Origin: Patescibacteria group bacterium
GTDB lineage: Bacteria > Patescibacteriota > 4484-211
Assembly: GCA_018818265.1 (NCBI GenBank)
Contig: JAHISN010000036.1
Span: 1-42,106 of the forward strand
Reading direction: 5' to 3'
DNA length: 42,106 nucleotides
In this document: positions 9,372 through 18,903 of the stretch, in pieces
Layout: every line of letters starts with the position of its first letter
Position numbering within the stretch: the stretch's first letter is position 1
Notes under the pieces: model-generated
Database searches by the model: none
Seen by the model: the letters and a program-made list of their open reading frames with translations, nothing else
Told to the model about the DNA's origin: nothing
Translations under genes and position numbers: made by a program

Positions 9372-10112
9372 TTATGGAAATAGTATCTTCGTTCTCTTAA
9401 TATTTAAGGATAAGGCAGGAATCTCCAGTATCCCCCCTAAATCTGCCGCTATGGAGCGCACATAAGTTCCACTCTCACAAGTTACCTTCATCCTTGCGAC
9501 TTTTAATGGACCATGGGGAGAAAGAGCAAAATAATTCTTCCAACCCGCAAGAATTTCATCCTGCCGAAAATCTCCTTTCACTAAACCAATTCTCTTTGTC
9601 ACAATTCTTTCCAGTTTCTCAACTGAAACACAACCTATATTTACCAGCTCAATTGAGTAAATTTTTACCTCCCTTTTGGGTATTGTAATCTCACTTATTA
9701 ATCCTCTCCTAGCCCAATAATACAAAGGCTTGCCTTTTACGCGTACTGAAGAATATTGAGGGGGATACTGATACTTTTTAGCTTCAATTTCTTGCAGCGC
9801 ATTCTTAACCGCATCTGGGGATAAATCAACTTTGTCCGCGGTTGCAGTAACAAGCCCTAATATATCACCGCTATCAGTAGTAATTCCAAACAGCGCCTCA
9901 AATAGATATTCTTTATCCAATTTTTCATACTGGTTCCTGTTCTTGTTTTCCTGACCGACGAGAAGCAGCAATGCGCCGCTGGCCATCGGATCAAGTCGGC
10001 CAGCATAACTAATTTTCTCTTTTGCATACAATGGGAATTTAAGTCTGAAACGGTCTATTGCCTCAAGGGGAGTTTCTCCAATTCTTTTGTTAACTATATG
10101 GACTCTTTTCAT
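9372..10112 (-). CDS. truB: tRNA pseudouridine(55) synthase TruB
   Basis: Catalytic motif GRLDPMASGALLLLVG. The ORF extends to 10199, but MKRVHIVNKRIGETP at 10112 fits TruB N-termini and is preceded by TATGAT. Confidence 0.85.
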   Translation of the reverse strand: MKRVHIVNKRIGETPLEAIDRFRLKFPLYAKEKISYAGRLDPMASGALLLLVGQENKNRNQYEKLDKEYLFEALFGITTDSGDILGLVTATADKVDLSPDAVKNALQEIEAKKYQYPPQYSSVRVKGKPLYYWARRGLISEITIPKREVKIYSIELVNIGCVSVEKLERIVTKRIGLVKGDFRQDEILAGWKNYFALSPHGPLKVARMKVTCESGTYVRSIAADLGGILEIPALSLNIKRTKILFP

Positions 10113-10296
10113 CTTTCTTAACACTATCATACATAATTTAACTATTGCGAGAAGCCCGAATTCCTTAAGAAATCTTTTCACTTCTTGCCTCTTTTGCAAG
10201 TTAAATATTTAATTTTTCTGCAGGGATCATAGCGTATTCTGGGGGGCCTGTCAATTAACACGTTTCACAAAGGACAACGTCAGCACTGATTAATAT

Positions 10297-10336
10297 AACA
10301 GAGATCCCCCACAGTTGGGTATTTCTCTGTTTTTTA
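10297..10336. terminator. Hairpin plus T6; terminator-like element with no obvious plus-strand CDS upstream
   Basis: aacagaga / tctctgtt 8-bp stem, 19-nt loop, then tttttt. Lies downstream of the minus-strand 65-aa gene and upstream of truB. Confidence 0.4.
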
Positions 10337-10413
10337 GCTCTTCAATAAATATAGGTAACTGCTACGTTTGAAATCTTCAGTGAGGTAAAAATAATTCCTG
10401 ATTATTGCGGTAT

Positions 10414-10611
10414 TTAAACCTGGTAACGCTGACGGTTAACTGCATAACGACAAATCGCCGTAGCCGTCAATGACAAGGAAATTATATTCACCAATAGAAA
10501 GGCCGCTACCAACCACATATTAACTTGCTTAAGCAAGAAAAAGCTCGCGGCTCCCATAACCGGGAGCGTGGTTAGTGTTCCTAACACTGTTCCTTTAATA
10601 TAATCTGGCAT
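10414..10611 (-). CDS. Small two-TM membrane protein (65 aa)
   Basis: Two hydrophobic helices. SD-like aaaggtggtga upstream of the ATG. Confidence 0.5.
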   Translation of the reverse strand: MPDYIKGTVLGTLTTLPVMGAASFFLLKQVNMWLVAAFLLVNIISLSLTATAICRYAVNRQRYQV

Positions 10612-10769
10612 AGTATTTCACCACCTTTCAATAATAGACGAAAACCATACTCCCCGTTGCTGGGATTAAACAACATTAACTAGACCCTGGCGGGAAAGAG
10701 ATTTTCGTCTGTAACAAACTCAACAAGCACTATCATGGTGGGCAGTACGGGGCAGTAACAATAAGTAGC

Positions 10770-12005
10770 CTATCTTGTCCCCCAGCCGGTAGTATACCCG
10801 AAGGCCCCAAACAGCCGGAGTCCCGTAGAATTTATTATACCATAAGCTGGCAAGCGCTTTAGTAATTTTGCCGACAATGTTCTGTAAATGAAAAATAGAT
10901 AAGAACCCAGCATAACCAACGATAAAGCATTGCTGTATACCAATTCTGGAATAATTGCCAGTCGAACAAGCCAGTCTTTCCGATCGGTATCAGGATTTGC
11001 TGTCAACATGTACACATTAAAACTGAACCCGATTACAAACTGTGCCAAAGCCGTTAACACAACTATCTTAACTAAGCCAGAATTAACCCCTTCCGCCGGG
11101 AGTAAAAACGAAAGCACTATAGTAACAAGAGCAGCTAAAAATAAGGCATGCCCAATAATATCCTGGAAAATCGCTGGCAGGTAATTATAGAAATCTCGGA
11201 GAACAGTAAGCCCCCCATAAGTCCAACGCACCCGCTGTTTCCATAAATGCGGGAATGTCTCCGGAACATATGTCCATGCCACAGCCTTTGGCGCCACACC
11301 AACCTCCCATCCTAATTTTTTTAATTTAGCTGTTATGTGATAATCTTCAATTAAACACTCCGCGGAGAACCCTTTCGCTTCCTCCAAGGCCCGATATTGG
11401 AAACCACTCAACATCCCTTGCATAACAAGCGGACCACGAATGAAACCATACTCAGCCAATTTAACAATGTTAAAATTATAATATTCAAGCGCTTGTAAAC
11501 GCGTTAGCAAGTTCTTATTCTTGTTCTTCACCCGCACCTGAGAACAAACAGCTCCCAGCTTATCATTCTTAAGTAAAGTTTCAACCATCTGCCCAATAGC
11601 GATTTTATCGATGATAATATCATCGTCAAAAGTAAGCACAACGCGGGGCTTCTCTTTCATCGTCTTCAAATATTCTAAACCATAATTTAATGCCCCCGCC
11701 TTTAGCACATTCTGTGGTGTTCTAATAATTTCTATCTGGGAAGTTATGTGTGTCAATCCGATTAACTTATTTAAATAGACGTCACTTTCCAACGGTGAAC
11801 AGTCATTAACAACCAGGACAGACAATCTTGGATTCCAGGCTATCAAATCAACTACTAATTGAAAAGTGCTCTGAGAAGGCCGATATGTGGGGATAATCGC
11901 AACAACCTTGGCTTTGAGATGCTTGTGACGCAAATTCCTAAGAGAATACTCTCGGGGAACAACAAAACTGCCTAATGTTTTGAGCAAGTGACGAATGTCC
12001 GCCAT
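10770..12005 (-). CDS. Processive family-2 glycosyltransferase (NodC/PgaC/cellulose-synthase-like) with a C-terminal TM bundle
   Basis: VAIIPTYRP, DCS, TFDDDIIID (DxD), LIEDY, and the Q(R/Q)xRW motif as KQRVRWTYGG. Several C-terminal TM helices. Confidence 0.85.
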   Translation of the reverse strand: MADIRHLLKTLGSFVVPREYSLRNLRHKHLKAKVVAIIPTYRPSQSTFQLVVDLIAWNPRLSVLVVNDCSPLESDVYLNKLIGLTHITSQIEIIRTPQNVLKAGALNYGLEYLKTMKEKPRVVLTFDDDIIIDKIAIGQMVETLLKNDKLGAVCSQVRVKNKNKNLLTRLQALEYYNFNIVKLAEYGFIRGPLVMQGMLSGFQYRALEEAKGFSAECLIEDYHITAKLKKLGWEVGVAPKAVAWTYVPETFPHLWKQRVRWTYGGLTVLRDFYNYLPAIFQDIIGHALFLAALVTIVLSFLLPAEGVNSGLVKIVVLTALAQFVIGFSFNVYMLTANPDTDRKDWLVRLAIIPELVYSNALSLVMLGSYLFFIYRTLSAKLLKRLPAYGIINSTGLRLFGAFGYTTGWGTR

Positions 12006-12163
12006 GCGCGCATTATAGCATTTTTTGTTGGGTTAAGCCAAATTGTACGTTCAGCCGTATGTCATACTCTTCCCAGGAGTAACGTAACCATGAAAATTGG
12101 CATAATGTCCGAAGAACAGCGCTTCGGATTAAAGGTTGAGATAACAACGAGTTTGATCTGGGA

Positions 12164-12173
12164 GGGGGGGGGG
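12164..12173. repeat. G10 homopolymer in a divergent intergenic region
   Basis: Ten consecutive G. Sits 22 nt upstream of the -35 of the 12196-12224 promoter and 159 nt upstream of the GT2 start. Confidence 0.9.
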
Positions 12174-12195
12174 CACACTGCAGGATACCTCGTTC

Positions 12196-12224
12196 TTGAC
12201 AGGTTTGCAACTCAGCGATAGTAT
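12196..12224 (+). promoter_or_regulatory. Sigma70-type promoter TTGACA-17-TAGTAT, 8 nt from the ATG
   Basis: -35 at 12196-12201, -10 at 12219-12224, ATG at 12233. Confidence 0.6.
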
Positions 12225-12232
12225 AAACTTAG

Positions 12233-13117
12233 ATGAAGAAAACATTCACAACCACGCTCCTAGCCCTTATTTTTCTAAGTTGTTGCCTGTCGAGTTCAGT
12301 TTTAGCGGCCGCGGAAGTTCAAAAACAGCTTCTTCCCACTTCTCCCTTCTACACCCTAGTCAAAGTAAAAGAGTCTATCCAGCAATTTCTGACCTTTAGG
12401 CAATCTTCTAAAGCCACTCTTCTAGAAGGATTTGCAGACCAGAGAGTCGAAGAGATGAACTATGCTTCTTCTATCGATGATCATAATGCTCTAGACCTCT
12501 CATTAGACCGTTACCAACAGCAAAAGACGCAGGCCATAGAATACGCTGAGGGAACCAGCGACTCGGTTGTGGTAGATAAAATTAAGGAAGGAACCCTTAA
12601 CCAGCAAAAGGAAATGACTAAGATGCAGCTGCAAGTCGAGGGATCGGAAGGCGTACAGCAACGTATTGTCGAAGTGCAAAAAGAAGTTGCCGTAGAGGTA
12701 AAGAAAACGGTACAAATTGTTCAAGGTTCCGAAAAAGCTATTGAACTGGACGAAAAAACACATTACATCTGGTTAGACCCAAATGTAGATGCCAGCGGCA
12801 ATTTACCTCCCCTGCCCGATGAACTAATCAAATGGGAATATGCTCCGGGAACCGAGGGAAGAGACTCGGATAATCGGGTTATTGAGACTATTTTAACTCC
12901 GGAGATTAAGGAGACAAATGCGGTAGACGGGGCAACCGTGGTCGATAATAAAATCGAAATTCAATGGGCTCCAGGGCTAGAAGGAGAAGGAAAAAGCGGA
13001 GTGCAGTACGAGAATAGCCCCAAAGTAGTGATTCAAGATGAGCAAGGCGGCAGCAACGGTGATAACAAGGAAGTCCAAGTTCAACAAACCTCCGTCACTG
13101 GCACTCCGTCGCTTTAA
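12233..13117 (+). CDS. Secreted protein, DUF5667-like N-terminal domain
   Basis: Signal peptide MKKTFTTTLLALIFLSCCLSSSVLA. LPTSPFYTLVKVKESIQQFLTF...FADQRVEEM resembles the DUF5667 pattern (LPxSPxYxLK...RLxE). Confidence 0.65.
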   Translation: MKKTFTTTLLALIFLSCCLSSSVLAAAEVQKQLLPTSPFYTLVKVKESIQQFLTFRQSSKATLLEGFADQRVEEMNYASSIDDHNALDLSLDRYQQQKTQAIEYAEGTSDSVVVDKIKEGTLNQQKEMTKMQLQVEGSEGVQQRIVEVQKEVAVEVKKTVQIVQGSEKAIELDEKTHYIWLDPNVDASGNLPPLPDELIKWEYAPGTEGRDSDNRVIETILTPEIKETNAVDGATVVDNKIEIQWAPGLEGEGKSGVQYENSPKVVIQDEQGGSNGDNKEVQVQQTSVTGTPSL

Positions 13118-13449
13118 TTTTGATTAACTGATTTCCTCAGCCGAGATTAAATACTCTCAATAAATAATCGAAAAACTATATCGACACACCGTAATCATAC
13201 ACACCTTTAGTAAAAGGCTCGTCCTTTCATATGTTCATGTATTAGGAAACAACTTATGTTGCAGTTATATGTAAATATGACCGATATGTCACCAAGAATG
13301 TACTCTCAGGCTCATGTAGAGGCAAAAGGAGGGCAAAAGAAGGGACAGTCCCATTTTTTAACTTTTTTCGCTGACAACCCATTCTCTGCTGGTTTGGACA
13401 AAGCTAGCAGTTGCATTCTCACTAAAAATAGTTTAAACTAGGTTGTAGA

Positions 13450-14004
13450 ATGAATAAACTTAAATATTTACTGTTCATCCTGTTTTTGATCATCCTCGCT
13501 ATTCTTGGCTATGTAGGGAAGAATTACTACGACAAGCACGGAGGAAGTTCGGCAACTCCCACGGTTACCCCGCAGCCTACCACCATAACTTCTGCGACTG
13601 CAGTGCCGACACCAAAACCCACCGCTCAAGAACCAGAAACAGAAGAGATTTACCAGAATGGCAATATTTACGCGGTCTATAACAAACCCACTGCAGAAAC
13701 ATCCTTTACGCTTAATCAGCCGCGGGTAATTTATTCAATTCAGAACTATCATTGGAACAGCGCTCAAGGCAACGAAAGCTCCGGGACTATTGGGCTCAAA
13801 GACCAAGATGGAAAAACTTACGGGCCGTGGGAAACAACCGGTGCCATCGGTCAGGGCGGCGTTCCTAACGCCTACTGGACCTGCTACCCCAACCTAGAAC
13901 TCCCGGCTGGCATTTACACCATCACCGATTCCGACCCGGACACCTGGTCCCAAAACAGCGGCTCTGGCGGGCAGGGAATGACACGAGTGTTCGCCGTGAA
14001 GTAA
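13450..14004 (+). CDS. Hypothetical exported protein with a Pro/Thr-rich linker
   Basis: N-terminal TM anchor, PT-rich linker (TPTVTPQPTTITSATAVPTPKPT), then a globular C-terminal domain. Confidence 0.6.
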   Translation: MNKLKYLLFILFLIILAILGYVGKNYYDKHGGSSATPTVTPQPTTITSATAVPTPKPTAQEPETEEIYQNGNIYAVYNKPTAETSFTLNQPRVIYSIQNYHWNSAQGNESSGTIGLKDQDGKTYGPWETTGAIGQGGVPNAYWTCYPNLELPAGIYTITDSDPDTWSQNSGSGGQGMTRVFAVK

Positions 14005-14096
14005 TAACAATCGAATTTTAGTCAAGCAGGAAACCCGCTACTTTCCCCGTCAGCACAACAGCAATATCAGTGGTTAAACCATTGACAAGTAAAGAA

Positions 14097-14366
14097 TTAC
14101 AACCGGCAGCTCAGGGTGAGTGTTTTTTCGGCCCAGCGAAGTCTTTGTAGGGGCTCATGATCTATTTGACCTTCCTGAACTAGTTGATCAAATTCATCTC
14201 TTAGCCCCACCCTTTCATAACCAGAAAGGGAATTAAAGTCTTTTAGGGCGTGCTGTAAAAAAACATCAATTCTCCCCTTAGGAAAAGGCTTGTCTATTTC
14301 CCCCGCCCACTTGGCCACTCGCCGCAGGTCGTTTTTAATGTGATTAAGAAGTTTCTCATCTGACAT
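14097..14366 (-). CDS. Hypothetical protein (89 aa)
   Basis: ORF starts 4 nt downstream of the 109-aa ORF on the same strand. No motif recognised. Confidence 0.5.
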   Translation of the reverse strand: MSDEKLLNHIKNDLRRVAKWAGEIDKPFPKGRIDVFLQHALKDFNSLSGYERVGLRDEFDQLVQEGQIDHEPLQRLRWAEKTLTLSCRL

Positions 14367-14370
14367 AAAA

Positions 14371-14700
14371 TTAGTTAAAAGTCTTTTCTACAATTTCTTT
14401 AAACTTCTTTTGCACCTTCTCATCAGCAATTTCATAAGTCACTCGCCCATCAGCCGGACGATAATTAGACAAGGCCATAAAATCAACCCCTCCGGTTGAA
14501 ACCGTGTATCCCCCACCCCAAAGATCGCTTTGTTTGCTACCATCTTTTATCAAAACCTGCTCACAATCCACATGATATTCCCCTCCTGCGGCCATAACTT
14601 CTCTTTGCAAGTCTATAACCACTTTGATGTAATCTTCGTATCGCTCCTGTAAATCGACCAGATCTTGTTTTGTTGCTTTTTCTCTAAGGATTCTAATCAT
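14371..14700 (-). CDS. Hypothetical protein (109 aa)
   Basis: ORF with balanced composition, first gene of a two-gene unit. No motif recognised. Confidence 0.55.
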   Translation of the reverse strand: MIRILREKATKQDLVDLQERYEDYIKVVIDLQREVMAAGGEYHVDCEQVLIKDGSKQSDLWGGGYTVSTGGVDFMALSNYRPADGRVTYEIADEKVQKKFKEIVEKTFN

Positions 14701-14804
14701 GGCAGATACATTTTATCATGAAAGGGAAACTCGGTATCCACTACCCCAGAAACCAGCGTGAAAATTAGCCCTGTGTTATACTTTTTCCCAGCAGCAACTA
14801 AACC

Positions 14805-15296
14805 ATGGAAATTACCATAATGTCCGACAGTCACGATAATTGGGAGAATCTTGAAAAGGCCGTAGAGCTGGCAAACAGTAATGGTTGTAGCTTTCTCATG
14901 TTTGCCGGAGACCTAATCGCACCTTCGGGAATTCCTATTTTAGAAAAGTTTAACAGTAAAGGTAAGTTCGTCTGGGGCAACAATGAGGGTGAGCGAATGG
15001 GAATTACCCGTAAGCTGGACGCATCCCCCAAAATAGACTTGTGTGGAGATTTGTTTGAAGGTGAAATTGACGGAATAAAAATCTTTATGTGCCACTCCCC
15101 CAGAATAGCCGAATTAGCAGCAAAGTCCGGCGAATTTGATTTGTGCATCTACGGCCATACTCATAAATACAAAGAACAAAAGATAGGAAATTGTATCTTA
15201 GTAAACCCCGGCGCGATTCAAGATTATAAAACCGGCAAGCCCTGCTTCGCAGTCTTCGATACCGATACATCAAAAATCAATAGAATCTCTTTGTAA
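14805..15296 (+). CDS. YfcE/MJ0936-family metallophosphoesterase
   Basis: Motifs SDSHDN, GDL, GNNE, GHTH in canonical order. 163 aa. Confidence 0.85.
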   Translation: MEITIMSDSHDNWENLEKAVELANSNGCSFLMFAGDLIAPSGIPILEKFNSKGKFVWGNNEGERMGITRKLDASPKIDLCGDLFEGEIDGIKIFMCHSPRIAELAAKSGEFDLCIYGHTHKYKEQKIGNCILVNPGAIQDYKTGKPCFAVFDTDTSKINRISL

Positions 15297-15307
15297 CAAA
15301 GATCTCC

Positions 15308-16282
15308 ATGCCTAATTTTTGGACTTCATTACCAAAACCTTTTCTAGCGCTGGCGCCAATGGAAGGTATAACCGATTTTGTTTTTAGAGAAATCATTGCC
15401 GAAATTGCTAAACCAGATGTTTTCTTCACAGAGTTCACCAATACCGATGGGCTTTTCTCCACAGGCCGCGACTTAGTTATTCAAAACCTCTCTTTCACTG
15501 AAAAACAACGCTCCATTGTCGCCCAAATATGGGGGGCAAATCCAAAAAGTTTTTTTAAGGCGGCTCAACTTATAAGCGAACTAAAATTTGATGGAATAGA
15601 TCTAAATATGGGATGCCCGGACAAATCGATTGTGAATAAAAAAGCCGGAGCGGCACTTATTAAAAATCCAAATCTAACTCAAGAACTTATCAAGGCGACC
15701 CGAGAAGGAGCCGGTAATCTAGCGGTAAGCGTAAAAACAAGAATAGGGTTTGATAAAAACATTATGCAAGAATGGATTACATTTTTACTGGAACAAAATC
15801 TTGATGCTTTAACAATCCATGGGCGTACTGGAAAAATGAGATTTAAGGGTCAGGCTTCATGGGAAGACATCGGGAATGCTGTTTTAATAAGAAATGAAGT
15901 TTCGCCTAAAACAATTATTATTGGAAACGGAGATATTAAAAGTTATAAAGAAGCTTTGGAAAAACACAAAAACTGTCAAGTTGACGGAGTAATGATTGGA
16001 CGAGGCATACTTGCTAATCCATGGATATTTAATAAAACGACAGAACCGGTAACCCACACTAAAAAAGAACATCTCGAAATCCTTTTAAGACATATGAAGA
16101 AACATCGCGACAAATGGGGTACAACAAGGAATTTCGCCCCCATAAAAAAATTTATTAAAATGTATGTAAATAACTTCCCGGGCGCCCCTGACTTGCGAAA
16201 CAAATTAATGCAATGCCGCGAGCACACCCAGGCAGAACGACTAGTCACTCAAGCGCTTTCGAGTACCCTCGAACACTCTTGA
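15308..16282 (+). CDS. dus: tRNA-dihydrouridine synthase (Dus family)
   Basis: LAPMEGITDFVFR, GIDLNMGCP (catalytic Cys), HGRT, and the TIM-barrel FMN pattern. Confidence 0.9.
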   Translation: MPNFWTSLPKPFLALAPMEGITDFVFREIIAEIAKPDVFFTEFTNTDGLFSTGRDLVIQNLSFTEKQRSIVAQIWGANPKSFFKAAQLISELKFDGIDLNMGCPDKSIVNKKAGAALIKNPNLTQELIKATREGAGNLAVSVKTRIGFDKNIMQEWITFLLEQNLDALTIHGRTGKMRFKGQASWEDIGNAVLIRNEVSPKTIIIGNGDIKSYKEALEKHKNCQVDGVMIGRGILANPWIFNKTTEPVTHTKKEHLEILLRHMKKHRDKWGTTRNFAPIKKFIKMYVNNFPGAPDLRNKLMQCREHTQAERLVTQALSSTLEHS

Positions 16283-16340
16283 GTACCCTCGAACACTCTC
16301 GAGTACGCTCGAACACTCTTGAGTACCCTCGAACACTCTC
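16261..16340. repeat. Tandem repeat, 4 x 20 bp (gagtacCctcgaacactctY)
   Basis: Units at 16261, 16281, 16301 and 16321. The only differences are C/G at unit position 7 and T/C at position 20. The dus stop codon TGA (16280-16282) is formed at the unit 1/2 junction. Confidence 0.95.
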
Positions 16341-16443
16341 CCGCAAAGTCTTGATAATCGATTTAATCCAAATATACGTTAATAGTTAGGATACGGGAGT
16401 CTAATCCAAAACAGCGAACTATGTTAGGATTATTCTAAAACCT

Positions 16444-16758
16444 ATGGAAAAACTAAAATTAGCTTGGGGTAAATTAATTATTGTTGGAGTAACAAAAAAA
16501 TTCAGCATCGGCATAGATATTATTCTCCCCCAACAAGAAACCGATAAGAAAGGCGCTTATTTAAAAAACGGCGACGGGATTTACTATGTGCTTTCTGGAA
16601 GTGGATTGTGTGGGGAAACCCCAATCAGAAAAGGCGATGTTTTGAAAATTAAAAGAGGTCAAAAAATAAATCTAAAAAATAATGCCCCAAAAAATCTAGT
16701 AGTAATGACTGTTTATGCACCGCCTTATAATGAGAACAATATTGGATACCAAAACTGA
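16444..16758 (+). CDS. Small beta-barrel (cupin-like) protein
   Basis: 104 aa. GDGIYYVLSGSGL...KGDVLKIKRGQ resembles cupin strand spacing, but the metal-binding His residues are absent. Confidence 0.4.
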   Translation: MEKLKLAWGKLIIVGVTKKFSIGIDIILPQQETDKKGAYLKNGDGIYYVLSGSGLCGETPIRKGDVLKIKRGQKINLKNNAPKNLVVMTVYAPPYNENNIGYQN

Positions 16759-16843
16759 GATATTATTTTTTTGTTAACGCCTTTTATAAACTTATGCATG
16801 TACTATACTTTTTACTAATCTAAAGATTTAAAAAAGGAACTGT

Positions 16844-17557
16844 ATGAAAAAACGAGCAAGAGAAGCCACTCGAATATACCATAAAAAACTCTATTCTGAT
16901 AAGAAACTATTCCAGAAAGGTTCGTCATGGCTGGAGAAGCCCAATGCTGAAATTATCGCAGTTGTGAAAAATAATTTTATTGGCAAGAAACATATTAAAG
17001 TTTTGGATTTGGGTGCAGGAGTGGGCAGAAATGCAATTCCGATTGCTAAAATAATTGGAAAATCAGGTGGCAAAGTTACTTGTGTGGACTACCTTGACGT
17101 TGCAATTGATAAGCTAAACGAATATGTAAAAGAGCATAATGTCGGTAAATTTATAAAAGGTTTTGTTTCCTCAATCGAGGATTTTATTATCAACCCAAAT
17201 ACTTACGACTTTATCGTTGCCCACAGTGTTCTAACCCACACCAGAAGTAAAGAAAAAATGGTTCAAATAATCAAAGATATAGCAAAAGGCACAAGGAAAA
17301 ATGGAATAGTTTATATTTATATGATTACAAACTCCAGAGAATTTGATTCAGAGACAGGGAAAGAACAAGACCCCGAAGCTGAAGTGGAAATCAACTTTAA
17401 AGAGGCTAGTGCACTTCTAAAGGATATTTATAAAGGATGGACAATACAGGCCCTAAAGAAAATCCCCTATGAGGAGAAGTATAAAAAAAGAGGAAAAGTG
17501 GTACGTTGGCAAGTTGACTATTTGTTATTTATAGCAAAAGCTGGAATTACTAGGTAG
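16844..17557 (+). CDS. Class I SAM-dependent methyltransferase
   Basis: Motif I VLDLGAGVGRNAIPIA, followed by an acidic residue after beta-2 (CVDYLD). Confidence 0.8.
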   Translation: MKKRAREATRIYHKKLYSDKKLFQKGSSWLEKPNAEIIAVVKNNFIGKKHIKVLDLGAGVGRNAIPIAKIIGKSGGKVTCVDYLDVAIDKLNEYVKEHNVGKFIKGFVSSIEDFIINPNTYDFIVAHSVLTHTRSKEKMVQIIKDIAKGTRKNGIVYIYMITNSREFDSETGKEQDPEAEVEINFKEASALLKDIYKGWTIQALKKIPYEEKYKKRGKVVRWQVDYLLFIAKAGITR

Positions 17558-17730
17558 TTAGACAAGAAATGGGTTCTGCCATATCCATATTACAACGAAT
17601 CCGCACGCACGATAATTCAAATAAACACTCTCAATCAACAATCCCTACACAGAAGCCCCTCAAACGATGGACGTTTGCGTGGCCCCCATATCAACCATTC
17701 CTGCCATAGATCGCGGCCACATGTTAGTAT

Positions 17731-18201
17731 ATGAAGATGAAAACCAATCACCAATCTACCAGTCCCCTACTCCTGAAAAAGCACCAATTAGTCTGGATTA
17801 TAAATGGTCTCAAGAAGAATAGGTTTAAAAAGATCAGAAGGGTGAAAAAAACTTGCCGTTCTTCCAGCAAAGACTATAAAGAAAAGAAAGAAATAGCAAG
17901 AAAGCTAGTTAAAGAAAAAGTAGAAAGATTTAATAGCTTTTATGCTTTTAAATTCGGAAGAATATCTATCAGAAACCAAAGAACGCGCTGGGGAAGTTGT
18001 TCCAGCAAAAAGAACCTAAATTTTAACTACCGCATCATCTACTTACCCGAAAGACTAGCCGACTATATTATCATCCATGAGTTGTGCCATTTAAAAGAGT
18101 TAAACCACACAAAAAAATTCTGGGCGCTGGTTTCCAAGACTTTTCCCGACTACAAAAGCATAAACAAGGAACTAAGAACCAATGGATTCAAATGCCTTTG
18201 A
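17731..18201 (+). CDS. YgjP/DUF45-type (M48-like) zinc metallopeptidase
   Basis: RTRWGSCSSKKNLNFNYRIIYLP...IIIHELCHLKELNH (HExxH). The start may be the second ATG (17737), 6 nt after TAGTAT. Confidence 0.8.
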   Translation: MKMKTNHQSTSPLLLKKHQLVWIINGLKKNRFKKIRRVKKTCRSSSKDYKEKKEIARKLVKEKVERFNSFYAFKFGRISIRNQRTRWGSCSSKKNLNFNYRIIYLPERLADYIIIHELCHLKELNHTKKFWALVSKTFPDYKSINKELRTNGFKCL

Positions 18202-18312
18202 ATACTTAATTACCTCAATTGTTCCCGGCCCCGAAGGCGCATTAAGGGCTAGTTATACTCAAAAAATGAAAAATATATAATTGACGCTTGTAGACTATCG
18301 GAGTAAGTAGAG

Positions 18313-18897
18313 TTAACACTCCCCACACTTCAGCTGATAAAAACCTCGGGGATGATCGCAGGAGGGACATTTCTCCGGCGGCTGAAAACCGAAGTGAACA
18401 TAACCGCATTCACGACAAATCCACCAAACTTCTGTCTCATTTTTGAAAACGGTTCCTCCCTCAACTTCTTTTAATAACTTCTTATATCTTTCTTCGTGAT
18501 GTTTTTCGGAAACGGCAATTGCCCTTAGCCTCTTAGCAATTTGGGACAACCCTTCCCTTTCAGCTGTATCCGCAAATTGCGGATACATTTCGCTGTATTC
18601 GTGATGCTCGCCAGCAATGGCCGCCTTAAGGTTTTGAGCCGTATCGCCATAAACTGTCGGCACCTCAATTTCAACAGTTAATTGGTCCAAACCTGCACCG
18701 ATGCTGGCCTTCAATTCTTGAATATGTTCAAAAAGCCTTTTGGCGTGCGCCCTTTCCTGCTCGGCAATCGCCAAAAAAATACCGGCAATTTGCTCAAAAC
18801 CCTCTTCCTTGGCAATCTTTGCATAGAAAGTATAGCGATTCCGCGCCTGCGATTCACCAACAAATACTTTGGTTAGATTTTTAATAGTTTCCTGCAT
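18313..18897 (-). CDS. rbr: Rubrerythrin
   Basis: Ferritin-like diiron ExxH motifs (EQERAHAKR, SEKHHEER) plus a C-terminal rubredoxin-like CRECG...CPSCD. Confidence 0.9.
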   Translation of the reverse strand: MQETIKNLTKVFVGESQARNRYTFYAKIAKEEGFEQIAGIFLAIAEQERAHAKRLFEHIQELKASIGAGLDQLTVEIEVPTVYGDTAQNLKAAIAGEHHEYSEMYPQFADTAEREGLSQIAKRLRAIAVSEKHHEERYKKLLKEVEGGTVFKNETEVWWICRECGYVHFGFQPPEKCPSCDHPRGFYQLKCGEC

Positions 18898-18903
18898 AGT
18901 TAT

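Noticed and set aside
12013-12221. 65-aa and 77-aa ORFs across the GT2/secreted-protein intergenic region
   Set aside because: They read through the G10 tract (poly-Pro/poly-Gly). They overlap each other on opposite strands and overlap the predicted promoter. No SD is present.
13256-13441. 61-aa ORF in the 13118-13449 spacer
   Set aside because: No SD, odd composition and no signal or TM features. The spacer more likely carries the promoter for the 13450 gene. The ORF cannot be fully excluded.
16261-16340. Possible CRISPR array
   Set aside because: The 20-bp units are contiguous with no spacers, there are only four of them, and there are no cas genes. It is a plain tandem repeat.
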